Positions 38,393-48,088 of a DNA stretch of 64,000 nucleotides are shown in pieces. The stretch is from Candidatus Iainarchaeum sp. (GTDB lineage Archaea; Iainarchaeota; Iainarchaeia; Iainarchaeales; VGJJ01). A program made the translations under genes and the position numbers. How positions within the stretch are numbered: position 1 is the first letter of the stretch; every line of letters begins with the position of its first letter. The stretch spans positions 84,608 to 148,607 of the forward strand of contig JAUYHT010000008.1 in assembly GCA_030688545.1 (NCBI GenBank), written 5' to 3'. The notes beneath the pieces were generated by a model. That model was not told the DNA's origin. It did not search any database and saw nothing but the letters and a program-made list of their open reading frames with translations.

Positions 38393-38435
38393 TAGTGCCC
38401 TTAATCTTAAAATAACTCCTTGCTCTATCTAGCAT

Positions 38436-39068
38436 ATGCAAGTTACAAAGTATTGTCACTGTTGTCTATTTATTGAGGAAAATGAAGCGCGGATTCTTAT
38501 CGATCCAGGAAGCTATTCAAATCCCCCCTTCGATTTGAAGCTGAATGCTATTTTCATTACGCACCAACACTCGGATCATATCGATGTGAGTTTGCTGAAG
38601 AATATTTTAGCCGAAAATACTGGTTGTCCAATTTATACATGTCAAGACGTGTCCGAAATATTATCCAAAGAAGGAATTTCATCAACTGCTCTCAAAGAAG
38701 GACAAGTTATCACAGTCAAAAATACTCCAATAAAGACTGTGGGAAAAGAACATGCTATTCTCTATCAGAAAAGTCCATGTATGAATCACGGATTTCTAGT
38801 TTCAAATCGATTTTTCTTTCCCGGAGACGCACTAACAATTCCTAATGAATCTGTCGAAATTCTCGCCCTGCCCGTAGCCGGCCCCTGGTTGAAACTCTCA
38901 GATGCAATTGAATATGCTATAAAAGTAAAACCAAAAATAGCATTTCCAGTACATGACGGAATTCTCAAAAAACCTGGAACAACAAACACCATTCCTCAAA
39001 TCAGCTTACCGCAACAAGGAATTCAATGGATTATCCCTGAAGACGGGAAAAAAATGGGGTTTGGCTAG
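38436..39068 (+). CDS. metallo-beta-lactamase fold hydrolase
   Basis: HQHSDH motif and further conserved His/Asp. Confidence 0.75.
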   Translation: MQVTKYCHCCLFIEENEARILIDPGSYSNPPFDLKLNAIFITHQHSDHIDVSLLKNILAENTGCPIYTCQDVSEILSKEGISSTALKEGQVITVKNTPIKTVGKEHAILYQKSPCMNHGFLVSNRFFFPGDALTIPNESVEILALPVAGPWLKLSDAIEYAIKVKPKIAFPVHDGILKKPGTTNTIPQISLPQQGIQWIIPEDGKKMGFG

Positions 39069-39150
39069 TTTCAGAAATTAGTCTACTGGAATCTTTTTTG
39101 TTTAAATTAAGAGTAAAAAGAACGCCCCACCTCCACGGTGGCGATTCGTT

Positions 39151-39564
39151 TCACGCCAGCTGGATCACAATCTCTTTCGCATTGAGTTTTGGATAGACAT
39201 ATTTTCCCTTTTTGGATTTGACAATAAGGTGGCTTTTTTCGAGCGCATTAAGGTCGCGGGATATGGATTCCTGCTTTCTTTTTGTTTTTTTGGCTAGCTG
39301 TGAAACACCCAATGGTTTTTCATCATCATATTCAATAAGTTGCTGAAGCAAATGAAGCTTCTGTGGAGACAACGCCTCCAACATACTTTTCCAATCCTTG
39401 AAATAAATCACATGACTAGTCACTTTAATGAGTTTTGGGTTTTGGAAAACGGCCTTAAGGTCTTCCCGCGGGTTCCCCCCGATTCTGAAAACGATCCTTC
39501 GCCCCATCATACGTATAGCACACTCCGTTATATATAATTGTTTTGGTATTGAGCCAAATACCAT
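39151..39564 (-). CDS. ArsR-like winged-helix transcriptional regulator
   Basis: LSPQKLHLLQQLIEYDDEKPLGVSQLAKKTKRKQESISRDLNALEKSHLI. Confidence 0.55.
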   Translation of the reverse strand: MVFGSIPKQLYITECAIRMMGRRIVFRIGGNPREDLKAVFQNPKLIKVTSHVIYFKDWKSMLEALSPQKLHLLQQLIEYDDEKPLGVSQLAKKTKRKQESISRDLNALEKSHLIVKSKKGKYVYPKLNAKEIVIQLA

Positions 39565-39878
39565 CTCCAGTTTCCCATGACCTTCTCATAGTAATATATC
39601 ACCGCCTCATACGAAACAGGACGATTATGATACTCCTTTTCTCCTGGACCTATGAAAAAATTATGCATGTGAATGGACTCCTTTTTGTTCCCGTCAATTT
39701 TGACAATTTCAATTGGATGACTATCTTTCCAATGAAGCTGAATGATAGCGAATGATTCAATAATCGAAAAATCTTCATCAGCCCGAATCCGGACGACCAT
39801 TTTATTCTGTTCGGTTTCATCGAGTGAAACTATCATTTTATAATTTTTCAAATCGCTCATTTTAGCAACCGCCAGCAT
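39528..39878 (-). CDS. hypothetical protein
   Basis: Coherent 116-aa ORF at the island edge. Confidence 0.4.
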   Translation of the reverse strand: MLAVAKMSDLKNYKMIVSLDETEQNKMVVRIRADEDFSIIESFAIIQLHWKDSHPIEIVKIDGNKKESIHMHNFFIGPGEKEYHNRPVSYEAVIYYYEKVMGNWRWYLAQYQNNYI

Positions 39879-39955
39879 TCAATTTATATTGTTAGGGAAA
39901 ATTTTTGCGCGAATTCATACCTTTATTTTTATACTGTTGACTACAAAATAGCAAT

Positions 39956-40345
39956 ATGCCCCCTATTCTCAATGTCAACGCCATCGACCACATCAACATG
40001 TCCGTGAAGGACCTGGAGAAGAGCGTGCGGTTCTACCGAGAGGTGTTCGGCTTCGAGATCAAGGAGGACCAATCCAAGGACGCTTCCTACATCATCGGCA
40101 ATGCGCACGTGAAACTCTGTTTATATGAGGACAAGAATTTACATGTCAAGGAAGGGCTGAACCATTTCGGCTTCCACATCGAAAATTTTGATGAGATAAT
40201 TTCAAGATGCAAGGAAATGGGAGTGCCGGTTTCCTATGATGGAGCAATTGAGTGGAAAAACCCCGCGCGATCCAAATCCATCTACATCACCGACCCCTCC
40301 GGATATGTCATTGAATTAAGCAACCTTCCCGGGGGCGGGTTGTGA
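39956..40345 (+). CDS. glyoxalase/bleomycin-resistance/dioxygenase (VOC) family protein
   Basis: IDHINMSVKDLEKSVRFYREVFGFE ... GLNHFGFHI typical VOC pattern. Confidence 0.8.
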   Translation: MPPILNVNAIDHINMSVKDLEKSVRFYREVFGFEIKEDQSKDASYIIGNAHVKLCLYEDKNLHVKEGLNHFGFHIENFDEIISRCKEMGVPVSYDGAIEWKNPARSKSIYITDPSGYVIELSNLPGGGL

Positions 40346-40346
40346 A

Positions 40347-40790
40347 TCACGCAATCGGGTTTATGGCAGTGATCCCCGGAATATTATTGAAATCCTTTAC
40401 GTTTTCAGTGTAAATGACATGGGTTTTATTTCGTAGTGCCGTTTGGGCTAAAACAACATCGTAATAGTCAAGACGCTGCTGGCCGCAAATCGCAACCGCT
40501 TCGCGAATGCTTATCGGGTCATCCACCAATACTATGGGAAACATCTCGCAAAAAAAGGAGATGAAATCGCCGACTTCTTGAGAATGGGTGCCTTTCTTTT
40601 GAATCATCACGCTACCAAATTCGCGCAAATTCTGCATTGCAATAAGAAAATGATCCTTATTCTCTTCCACTTCTCGCATAAACCGTTGGGCTTTGGCGTG
40701 CTTTTCCTTCTCGTTCGCATCCGCAAAATAAACGAGGATGTTGGTGTCAATTAGGGCTGTCCCGCTCATTCGAACACCTTTCAAAATCAT
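40347..40790 (-). CDS. vapC: PIN-domain ribonuclease toxin VapC
   Basis: LIDTNIL (first Asp) and downstream conserved acidic residues. Upstream antitoxin gene with 4-nt overlap. Confidence 0.8.
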   Translation of the reverse strand: MILKGVRMSGTALIDTNILVYFADANEKEKHAKAQRFMREVEENKDHFLIAMQNLREFGSVMIQKKGTHSQEVGDFISFFCEMFPIVLVDDPISIREAVAICGQQRLDYYDVVLAQTALRNKTHVIYTENVKDFNNIPGITAINPIA

Positions 40791-41083
40791 TCTCCGTCTG
40801 AATCGCCCACGATTTTATGCAAGTGCTCAAACCGTTTTCCTTTGTAAAGGTCGGCGCGCTTAAACGTTCCCACGCCTAAATCAATATCACGATTGGATAA
40901 TTCCCAGGCTTTTTTCCAGGCCCGTTTCCGTCTGTTTTCTTTATCTAATAATTCGAGGGCCTCTTCTACGGTCGCCGAGATGGCCCCTTTTTTACCGCCT
41001 TTTTCCATGGCCAATTTTGTCAATAGCTTATCCTTTTCATCACTAATGGAGATTAAACGCTGTTTCATAGTAGATATGGGCAT
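40787..41083 (-). CDS. vapB: VapB-type antitoxin (putative RHH/AbrB-like)
   Basis: Small 98-aa basic/acidic protein overlapping vapC. Confidence 0.55.
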   Translation of the reverse strand: MPISTMKQRLISISDEKDKLLTKLAMEKGGKKGAISATVEEALELLDKENRRKRAWKKAWELSNRDIDLGVGTFKRADLYKGKRFEHLHKIVGDSDGE

Positions 41084-41193
41084 TCCAACTATATATGGAT
41101 TACCATATATATCCTTTTCGAGGGCGGAGCGCCGAGAAAAAAGGGCCGCTGAAACCTACAGACGGGGAATTCCTTTCTTGGGATAAAACTGCT

Positions 41194-42564
41194 TCACCGG
41201 GTACGGCGCGATGGGGGCTTTTCGAAAAACCCTCCTTGCTTCAAAATTCGTTTCAAATCCATTTTCCCTTTTTCCTTCAACGCGTAATTCACCTGCACGA
41301 TGGGCTTGTTGAGCTTAACAATGTTCCCCAAATCAATAGGAGTGCCGGAAACCACATAGTCACAATCCGCCTTATTCAACGTCTTCTCCAGTTCGCTGAT
41401 CTGGATTTTGGAATAACCCAGCGCAGGAATCACTTCTTTCAGATTGGGATATTTGTCGAACGCTTTCCGAATATCCCCCACCAGGAAGGGTTTGGGGTCT
41501 AGGATGATGGCGCCCTTCTCTTTAGCGAAAACGGTTCCCGCTCCAAATGGCATACCCCCATGCGTCACGGTGGGACCATCTTCCACCACCACCACTTTTT
41601 TCCCACGCAACCGAATCTTAGAATCGGTATGGAGTACAGAATCCGCATGGATGATTTTAGCCTTTGGATTATAATGCTGAATGTTCCGCTGGGTCACCTT
41701 GATTTGGGACGGGTGCGCGGCATTCTCCTTGTTGATCACAATAACGTCGGCCATGCGCAGGTTGGTTTCGCCGGGATGATAATGCATCTCGTCCCCCGCC
41801 CGCAGGGGGTCCACAATTACGAAAAGGAGATCCGGCTTGATGAACGAAAAATCATTGTTCCCCCCATCCCAGATGATGACATCGGCTTCCTTCTCGGCGC
41901 GGCGGAGAATTTTTTCATAGTTCACCCCCGCGTACACAATTAATCCCTCCCGGATGTGTTTCTCGTATTCCTCCCGCTCCTCAATGGTGGCGCGGTGGTG
42001 CTTGAGGTCCTTGAGCGTGGCGTATCGCTGCACTTCCTGCCGGGTGAGATTACCATATGGCATGGGGTGCCGGATGACCACGCCCCGACGCTTAGCCAGC
42101 TTGAGCAACCCCCCAATTTTCCTCGTGGTCTGGGATTTCCCCGAACCGGTGCGCACCGCGCAGATGGCGATAACAGGTTTGCTCGATCGCAACATCGTGG
42201 CATCCGGCCCCAATAGCCTGAAATTGGTTCCCGCCGCCAGGCATTGAGAGGCGCGATGCATCACATACTCATGCGACACATCCGAATACGCGAACACCAC
42301 TTCATTCACCTTGTATTCCTGAATGAGTTGAGTCAGCTTGTCCTCCGGGAAGATGGGAATCCCTTTAGGATAGAGCTTCCCGGCGAGCTTGGCGGGAAAC
42401 TTCCTCCCCGCTATCCCTGGTATCTGGGTGGCCGTGAAACATACTACATCATAGAAAGGATTGTCCTTGTACACCTGATAGAAATCGAAGAAATCTCGTC
42501 CAGCTGCACCCATGATGATGATGCGGCGTTTTACGAATTGAAGGGGAGTTGTGGGCCCGGCCAT
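41194..42564 (-). CDS. P-loop NTPase, possibly COG2403 / cyclic 2,3-diphosphoglycerate synthetase-like family
   Basis: Rossmann-like N-terminus IIIMGAAGRD, internal Walker A AVRTGSGKSQTT, DGGNN and INK-type motifs. The family call rests on memory only. Confidence 0.4.
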   Translation of the reverse strand: MAGPTTPLQFVKRRIIIMGAAGRDFFDFYQVYKDNPFYDVVCFTATQIPGIAGRKFPAKLAGKLYPKGIPIFPEDKLTQLIQEYKVNEVVFAYSDVSHEYVMHRASQCLAAGTNFRLLGPDATMLRSSKPVIAICAVRTGSGKSQTTRKIGGLLKLAKRRGVVIRHPMPYGNLTRQEVQRYATLKDLKHHRATIEEREEYEKHIREGLIVYAGVNYEKILRRAEKEADVIIWDGGNNDFSFIKPDLLFVIVDPLRAGDEMHYHPGETNLRMADVIVINKENAAHPSQIKVTQRNIQHYNPKAKIIHADSVLHTDSKIRLRGKKVVVVEDGPTVTHGGMPFGAGTVFAKEKGAIILDPKPFLVGDIRKAFDKYPNLKEVIPALGYSKIQISELEKTLNKADCDYVVSGTPIDLGNIVKLNKPIVQVNYALKEKGKMDLKRILKQGGFFEKPPSRRTR

Positions 42565-42577
42565 TCTGGTTCACCAT

Positions 42578-43972
42578 TCACAGGAAAAATTCCTTGCCTT
42601 TTAAGAATGCGCTCAGGGCACGGGCGAATTCATCATCTTTGCGCGCGAGCCCAGTCAAATGCGTTTCCTGCAGAATCTTAAAATCACTCATCGCTGAGGC
42701 CAATTCGTCTTTTTCATTAGCAATCATCTTACCTTTCCATATCTCTTCCAGTGCGCCCTCGGCCTTAACAAAACGCCTTGTTTCTTCCACCACCAACCGC
42801 CCCTCCTCGATGCGGGGCCCCGACAAAGGATGAGAGTGGGCTTTAAGGAACGCCTCCGCATGCCCTGCTTCCACCACTTTCGGTCCAATCCTGGTTTTGG
42901 ATTTCTGCAGGATAGGATTGGCGACATCGAAGAAGAGGTAACAATCCTCCCCCCCACTCGTATGGGTGAAAGTGCGTCGCACGATGAAATCATTCTGCTG
43001 CAATCCGGTGGAGGCACGCCGGGACAATCGAGCGAGCTGCCCCCACACCACATCCTCGACGATTCCTTTTGGATAAGAAAAATGCAGGCCGATGAGCTCT
43101 TCCGTCTGGAACCTTTTTTTCAATTCCTTTTCTGGCAAAGCCTTTTCCTGGTGACCGAAAAAGAATGTCATTCGGGGGCGGTTGAGAAAGCTCCGGGCCG
43201 CCATGATAAGACGGGCGAACTGGTTATAGGACAAGGCCGCGGCCACATTACGAATTTTATCGGTGGGATCCACGACCACCAAGAACGCGCCTGGAAAAAG
43301 CGATAGGGCCTCGGACTCGGAACCGTATTCGTTTTCCCTATCAATCACCGTGCCCTCTTTCCAAAAAGCCATGGCGCGCAGCGCTTTCTCGAATGTCCCA
43401 TATTCCAGAATAAGCAATTCCACCAGATACCCTGGCACCCCCTGGTACCGGGTGTCCGCTCCATACACTTGGATGCCCTTGAAGAATTGTTTGAGCAGAC
43501 GAACCTGATTCCGTTGATAGATTTTCAATCGACGTTTGACATAGGAGGTATGAAACGGGGTGCGATCCACGGCAGAAATCTTCTCAGTAGCTTTTCCCAC
43601 CTTAAACACCGGGACAATTTCCACATCGAACCCATCGATATTTCCCCGGACGTAGGGGTGTTCGCTGTAGGCTTCCTCATGGGGATTTTTACCAAAAATG
43701 AAATGGCCCAGTTTCAATCCGTGCTTCTCGAAGGATTCCCGTTTGAGGGAAGGGGAATAATACACGAAAATATCCAAATCCTTGTCCCCCGCGAGATGCG
43801 TGTCGCGCGCGATGGAACCGGCGAGCACGGCACCTTTATGGGGGCCGCGGGTCTTCCGAATGGTGCGCATGATCCTCCGGCACAATGCCTGTTCCGCGGT
43901 CCGTTCTTTCTTGGAAGGAACGATATAGGTCAACACTTTCCGTGAGAGCGCTGCTAAGGAAACCATATGCAC
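42578..43972 (-). CDS. cca: tRNA CCA-adding enzyme, archaeal class I nucleotidyltransferase
   Basis: GSIARDTHLAGDKDLDIFV (GS...D.D nucleotidyltransferase motif) and about 460-aa archaeal CCA architecture. Confidence 0.85.
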   Translation of the reverse strand: MHMVSLAALSRKVLTYIVPSKKERTAEQALCRRIMRTIRKTRGPHKGAVLAGSIARDTHLAGDKDLDIFVYYSPSLKRESFEKHGLKLGHFIFGKNPHEEAYSEHPYVRGNIDGFDVEIVPVFKVGKATEKISAVDRTPFHTSYVKRRLKIYQRNQVRLLKQFFKGIQVYGADTRYQGVPGYLVELLILEYGTFEKALRAMAFWKEGTVIDRENEYGSESEALSLFPGAFLVVVDPTDKIRNVAAALSYNQFARLIMAARSFLNRPRMTFFFGHQEKALPEKELKKRFQTEELIGLHFSYPKGIVEDVVWGQLARLSRRASTGLQQNDFIVRRTFTHTSGGEDCYLFFDVANPILQKSKTRIGPKVVEAGHAEAFLKAHSHPLSGPRIEEGRLVVEETRRFVKAEGALEEIWKGKMIANEKDELASAMSDFKILQETHLTGLARKDDEFARALSAFLKGKEFFL

Positions 43973-45616
43973 GGGAAAACCCCCTGCTTAATATATTCCA
44001 CCGTGGTTCTCCCCTCCATGGACAAACGCATCACGTCCATCCGGGGCGAATTATTGGAAGACACTCCCCACGCCCGCATCTACGAGGGGTTTCCCTACAA
44101 CGAGTACGAGGCCAAGAAGCCTGTTTTCACCCCCCCTGAACAGGAATTCGCTGACGCATTGGCATCTGCCCTGAACGCGCGCACCCGCAGTGAAGAATGG
44201 TCGCACCGACTCCCAACAAACGTCGCCAAATCATTCGTCACGCCCTTCAAGATGCGCATGATTACCCTCGTTGAAAGTAATGAGCTCGTGGACAAACTCC
44301 CCTCGGAAGAGGATTGGGAGACCCTCCACGCGGTGTTGACGGGATTGCTCCGCGAGCACGGGGATATCGTGAAAGACATGGATGCTTTCGCTACCTATGT
44401 ATTGGATTATGGGGTGGGGTATGCGCAGATAGGGTCGCTCCTCCGCGACCCCCACTTGGAGGAAGTAATGGTGAATGGGCAGAAACGAAATGTCTTCGTC
44501 TACCACCATCGCCATGGTACTTGCAAGACTAATATCTTCGTGGAAGCGCACGACCCCCACATCCTGCGCATCATCACCAAGGCATCCAAATATGCCGGGA
44601 GAAAATTTCATGAGCACGAACCCCTATTAGACGCCCGCCTCCCCGATGGATCACGCCTCAATGCGACATTCGAAACCGTCACCCCATTTGGTCATTCCAT
44701 CACCATCCGCAAGTTCACCCGCAACATGCTGTCGGTAACCCAACTCATCGCCAACAATACCCTCACCTTTGAGACAGCCGCCTTCGTGTGGGTGATGACC
44801 GAAGGGATGGGAGTGAAACCCATGAATATGATCATCACCGGGGGCTCAGGATGCGGAAAAACGACCTTCCTCAACTGTGTGGGGAGCTTCATCCCATTTG
44901 GGGATAGGGTCATCACCATTGAAGACACGGCCGAACTCAAATTCTTCGATCGGGAGAATTGGATTTCCATGGAAGCCCAACCCCACACCCGAACCAATCC
45001 CGGGACGGACATGAATGATTTGCTCACCAATGCCATGCGGATGCGGCCCGATAGATTAATCGTGGGGGAAGTGCGGGGAAAGGAAGCCGAAACCCTGTTC
45101 ATAGCTATGGACACCGGTCACCAGGGGTGCATGGGAACCCTCCACTCCAATTCCGCGCGCGAAATGCTCGTGCGCTTGACAAATGATCCCATGAACGTGC
45201 CCCAATCCCTATTGCCGGTGTTGGATATGGTGGTGGTGCTCCAGAAAGTGAATGATGTGAAACACGGCCTCCAACGCCGAGTATCTCAAATTGCGGAAGT
45301 GTCCCACATGAACCAGAGCATCCTCCTCTCCAACCTCTTCGAACGCCACCCGGAAACCGATCTGCTGATGCGCACCGACACCCCCTCCCACCTGATGCAG
45401 GTGCTATCCGATGCTGCTGGAAAGAACAAGCGGAGCATCCTCCAAGAAATTCTTGTTCGCCAGCGCGTGCTGGAATGGATGATCCGCCACCGCATATTCG
45501 ACCCGGCGGACGTGGAAAAGGTGGTGCAGCAATACTACTTCGACCCGGCCGGGATCGTGGACCAAGTGACAAAGGAACTGGAAGACATCAACCCCCCTCC
45601 CCCGCGGAAGAAATGA
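43967..45616 (+). CDS. second type II/IV secretion-system ATPase (FlaI/TadA-like)
   Basis: Walker A GGSGCGKTTFLN, conserved GEVRGKEAETLFIAMDTGHQGCMGTLHSNSA. The real start may be at 44018 (MDKRITS). Confidence 0.8.
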   Translation: MHGKTPCLIYSTVVLPSMDKRITSIRGELLEDTPHARIYEGFPYNEYEAKKPVFTPPEQEFADALASALNARTRSEEWSHRLPTNVAKSFVTPFKMRMITLVESNELVDKLPSEEDWETLHAVLTGLLREHGDIVKDMDAFATYVLDYGVGYAQIGSLLRDPHLEEVMVNGQKRNVFVYHHRHGTCKTNIFVEAHDPHILRIITKASKYAGRKFHEHEPLLDARLPDGSRLNATFETVTPFGHSITIRKFTRNMLSVTQLIANNTLTFETAAFVWVMTEGMGVKPMNMIITGGSGCGKTTFLNCVGSFIPFGDRVITIEDTAELKFFDRENWISMEAQPHTRTNPGTDMNDLLTNAMRMRPDRLIVGEVRGKEAETLFIAMDTGHQGCMGTLHSNSAREMLVRLTNDPMNVPQSLLPVLDMVVVLQKVNDVKHGLQRRVSQIAEVSHMNQSILLSNLFERHPETDLLMRTDTPSHLMQVLSDAAGKNKRSILQEILVRQRVLEWMIRHRIFDPADVEKVVQQYYFDPAGIVDQVTKELEDINPPPPRKK

Positions 45617-45670
45617 ATGGGATTTACTCTCTGGCGAATCACCCGATTGTTTATATTCCAGTAAGCCCTA

Positions 45671-46474
45671 ATGGGAAGCATGCGTTTATTGGGAATAGGA
45701 TTGGCCTTTTTGCTCGTTCTCTCATTCGCCTCGGCCGATGCCCTCCTCGTGGACCCGGTGGTGGAGAAAGGGAAACCCGGCGCCACGTTTGACTTGGGAA
45801 AGATCGAACCCGGCCAGGGGATTGAGGTCATCCTCTCCAAGGACACCGGGTATGGGGCGTCCGCATTCTGGACCCAATTTGAATGGACCTCTCTTTCGGA
45901 TGACAGCCTTCGGGCGCAGGATTCCCAGATTGGCCAAGAAAGCCTTGTCGGCCGAATACAAGCCACCGGATTCACTGAGGAAGGAACGTACCACGCCACC
46001 CTCGTCCTGAAAGGCGACCCCACCCTATTACAAGAGGAAACCTACCACGTGATATTTACTGTTCAACCCACCCTCGTGAAAGGTAGCTTGGCCGTGAGGG
46101 GGGTAGAAGGAAGGGTCAACCAGGAAATGACCTTTGATGTCCTCCTGGTGAATGATTCCTCTTCCCCCGTGCGCATCCGCGTACAACCCGAGCTACCGGG
46201 AACATGGAGCTCGCCGCGCGAGATCCACTTGGCTCCCCGCTCATTCCAGAATGTGGAGGTTGGCATTACCCCCCGATTCGCGGGAGAGAAGACTTTCCCC
46301 CTGCACCTGGTGAATACTGAAACCAATCACATTTATTCCACGCTCCAGGGCAACCTCACGGCCCGACCCGAACTCAAAGACCGGTACGCGGCGGGGTTAT
46401 ACGGATTTCCATTTTTTACCATCTCATTAGTGGCGAACACCCTGGCGAATGCCTTTTTTAGCCTTCTCCTGTGA
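45671..46474 (+). CDS. secreted protein with signal peptide and C-terminal hydrophobic anchor
   Basis: Signal-peptide-like N-terminus; beta-rich; C-terminal FPFFTISLVANTLANAFFSLLL. Confidence 0.5.
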   Translation: MGSMRLLGIGLAFLLVLSFASADALLVDPVVEKGKPGATFDLGKIEPGQGIEVILSKDTGYGASAFWTQFEWTSLSDDSLRAQDSQIGQESLVGRIQATGFTEEGTYHATLVLKGDPTLLQEETYHVIFTVQPTLVKGSLAVRGVEGRVNQEMTFDVLLVNDSSSPVRIRVQPELPGTWSSPREIHLAPRSFQNVEVGITPRFAGEKTFPLHLVNTETNHIYSTLQGNLTARPELKDRYAAGLYGFPFFTISLVANTLANAFFSLLL

Positions 46475-48087
46475 TGCATCATTTCATGTCGCCCAATGAT
46501 AATCCCATGAAGCCTAATGAACGCCTGGCCCACCGGCTCTACACCGAGATTCAGGCCAATACGATTACGGACATTCCCCGCTTCAACACGCGCAAACGCG
46601 AGCTCGCAGAAGGTTTGGGAATCGCCCACTTACCCCCCAACCCGGATTTATTGCCCCTCATGCCAGGGGCATTGAGGAAGGAACAGCGCGCGCTTTTCGC
46701 CATCAAACCTGTTCGCAACATTTCAGGGGTTGCCGTCCTCGCGGCCATGGTGAAACCCCACCTCTGCCCGCATGGGACGTGCATCTACTGCCCTAAAGGA
46801 TTACACCACCCCGCACCCCCCGCTTACACGGGGGATGAACCCGCGGCCCAACGCGGATACCGGAATGATTTTGACCCCTATCGCCAAGTCAATGGCCGCA
46901 TTCAGCAGCTACAAGCGGTGGGCCGGGACACTGACAAGTGCGAGCTCATCATCATGGGAGGCACCTTCCTCTCGATGCCCCTGGATTACCAATATTCCTT
47001 CATGCAAGGATGCTTAGAAGGGCTCGCCGGGAAACGATTTCCATCCATGGGGGAGACCATAGCGGCGTGCGAAACGAGCGCGAACCGAGTCATTGGCATC
47101 ACCATGGAAACCCGCCCGGACGTGGCCAAAAAGGAAGACATCGCCCGCATGCTTTCATGGGGGAGCACCCGCGTCGAATTGGGGGTACAAACCATTTACG
47201 ATGACGTACTTGAAAAACTGAACCGCCAACACACGGTGAAGCAGACTATTGATGCCACGCGCCGATTGAAAGAAAGCAGTTTGAAGGTAGGCTATCATAT
47301 GATGGCCAAACTTCCCCATTCCGAATTGAAACGGGACATGGCCGCGCATTTAAACATATTTTCAAACCCAGATTTCAAGCCAGACATGGTGAAACTCTAC
47401 CCCGTCGCCGTGGTGGCCAACACCGCGCTCTATGGGATGTGGAAACGCGGCGAATATGAGGAGATGACTCAAGAGGAAGCGGTGGCATTCTACGCGGCAC
47501 TGAAACCCCGCATTCCGGAATGGGTGCGAGTGATGCGGGTGCAACGCGATATCCCCACTCCCAATATTTCCGCCGGGGTGAAGAAAACCAACCTCCGCCA
47601 GCTGGTGGAAAAACGAATGAAAGAAGAGGGAACACGCTGCCGCTGTATCCGGTGCCGCGAAATGGGATTCAAAAAGGTCAAGGAAGGGGTTTCCCCTCAA
47701 AAAATAGAATTGGTGACCCGCTCGTATGAAGCCTCCGGAGGAATGGAGTATTTTATTTCCGCCGAGGACGTGGAACAGGACATCCTGGTGGGGTTTATCC
47801 GCCTCCGGATCCCCCACCTCCCATTGTTCTCCGAACTGGCCGACTCCGGATTCGTGCGCGAAGTGCATGTATATGGCCAATCTGTTCCCCTGGGGGAGCA
47901 AAATGTCACAAGCGGCCAGCACAAAGGATGGGGCCAACGCCTGCTCCAGGAAGCCGAGCGCGTGACTAAAGAGAAGCACGGTTTATCCCACGTCAACGTC
48001 ATCGCCGGAATTGGAGTGAGGGAATACTACAAGAACTTGGGGTATGTGCAGAACGGGGCGTGGGTGCGGAAAAATCTGAAAGGATGA
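46471..48087 (+). CDS. elp3: Elp3 homologue (radical-SAM plus GNAT; tRNA carboxymethyluridine synthase)
   Basis: Radical SAM CxxxCxxC (CPHGTCIYCP), Elp3-specific conserved blocks, C-terminal GNAT (GWGQRLLQEAE). Confidence 0.85.
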   Translation: MMHHFMSPNDNPMKPNERLAHRLYTEIQANTITDIPRFNTRKRELAEGLGIAHLPPNPDLLPLMPGALRKEQRALFAIKPVRNISGVAVLAAMVKPHLCPHGTCIYCPKGLHHPAPPAYTGDEPAAQRGYRNDFDPYRQVNGRIQQLQAVGRDTDKCELIIMGGTFLSMPLDYQYSFMQGCLEGLAGKRFPSMGETIAACETSANRVIGITMETRPDVAKKEDIARMLSWGSTRVELGVQTIYDDVLEKLNRQHTVKQTIDATRRLKESSLKVGYHMMAKLPHSELKRDMAAHLNIFSNPDFKPDMVKLYPVAVVANTALYGMWKRGEYEEMTQEEAVAFYAALKPRIPEWVRVMRVQRDIPTPNISAGVKKTNLRQLVEKRMKEEGTRCRCIRCREMGFKKVKEGVSPQKIELVTRSYEASGGMEYFISAEDVEQDILVGFIRLRIPHLPLFSELADSGFVREVHVYGQSVPLGEQNVTSGQHKGWGQRLLQEAERVTKEKHGLSHVNVIAGIGVREYYKNLGYVQNGAWVRKNLKG

Positions 48088-48088
48088 A

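Larger units (their letters stand above)
18653..39950. mobile_element. putative integrated element / genomic island at tRNA-Arg (boundaries approximate; right end defined only by GC shift)
   Basis: tRNA plus integrase at the left end; GC drops to about 35-45% through about 39.9 kb; cargo of regulator, replication-like, toxin-antitoxin-like and unknown genes; no clear attR repeat located. Confidence 0.4.
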
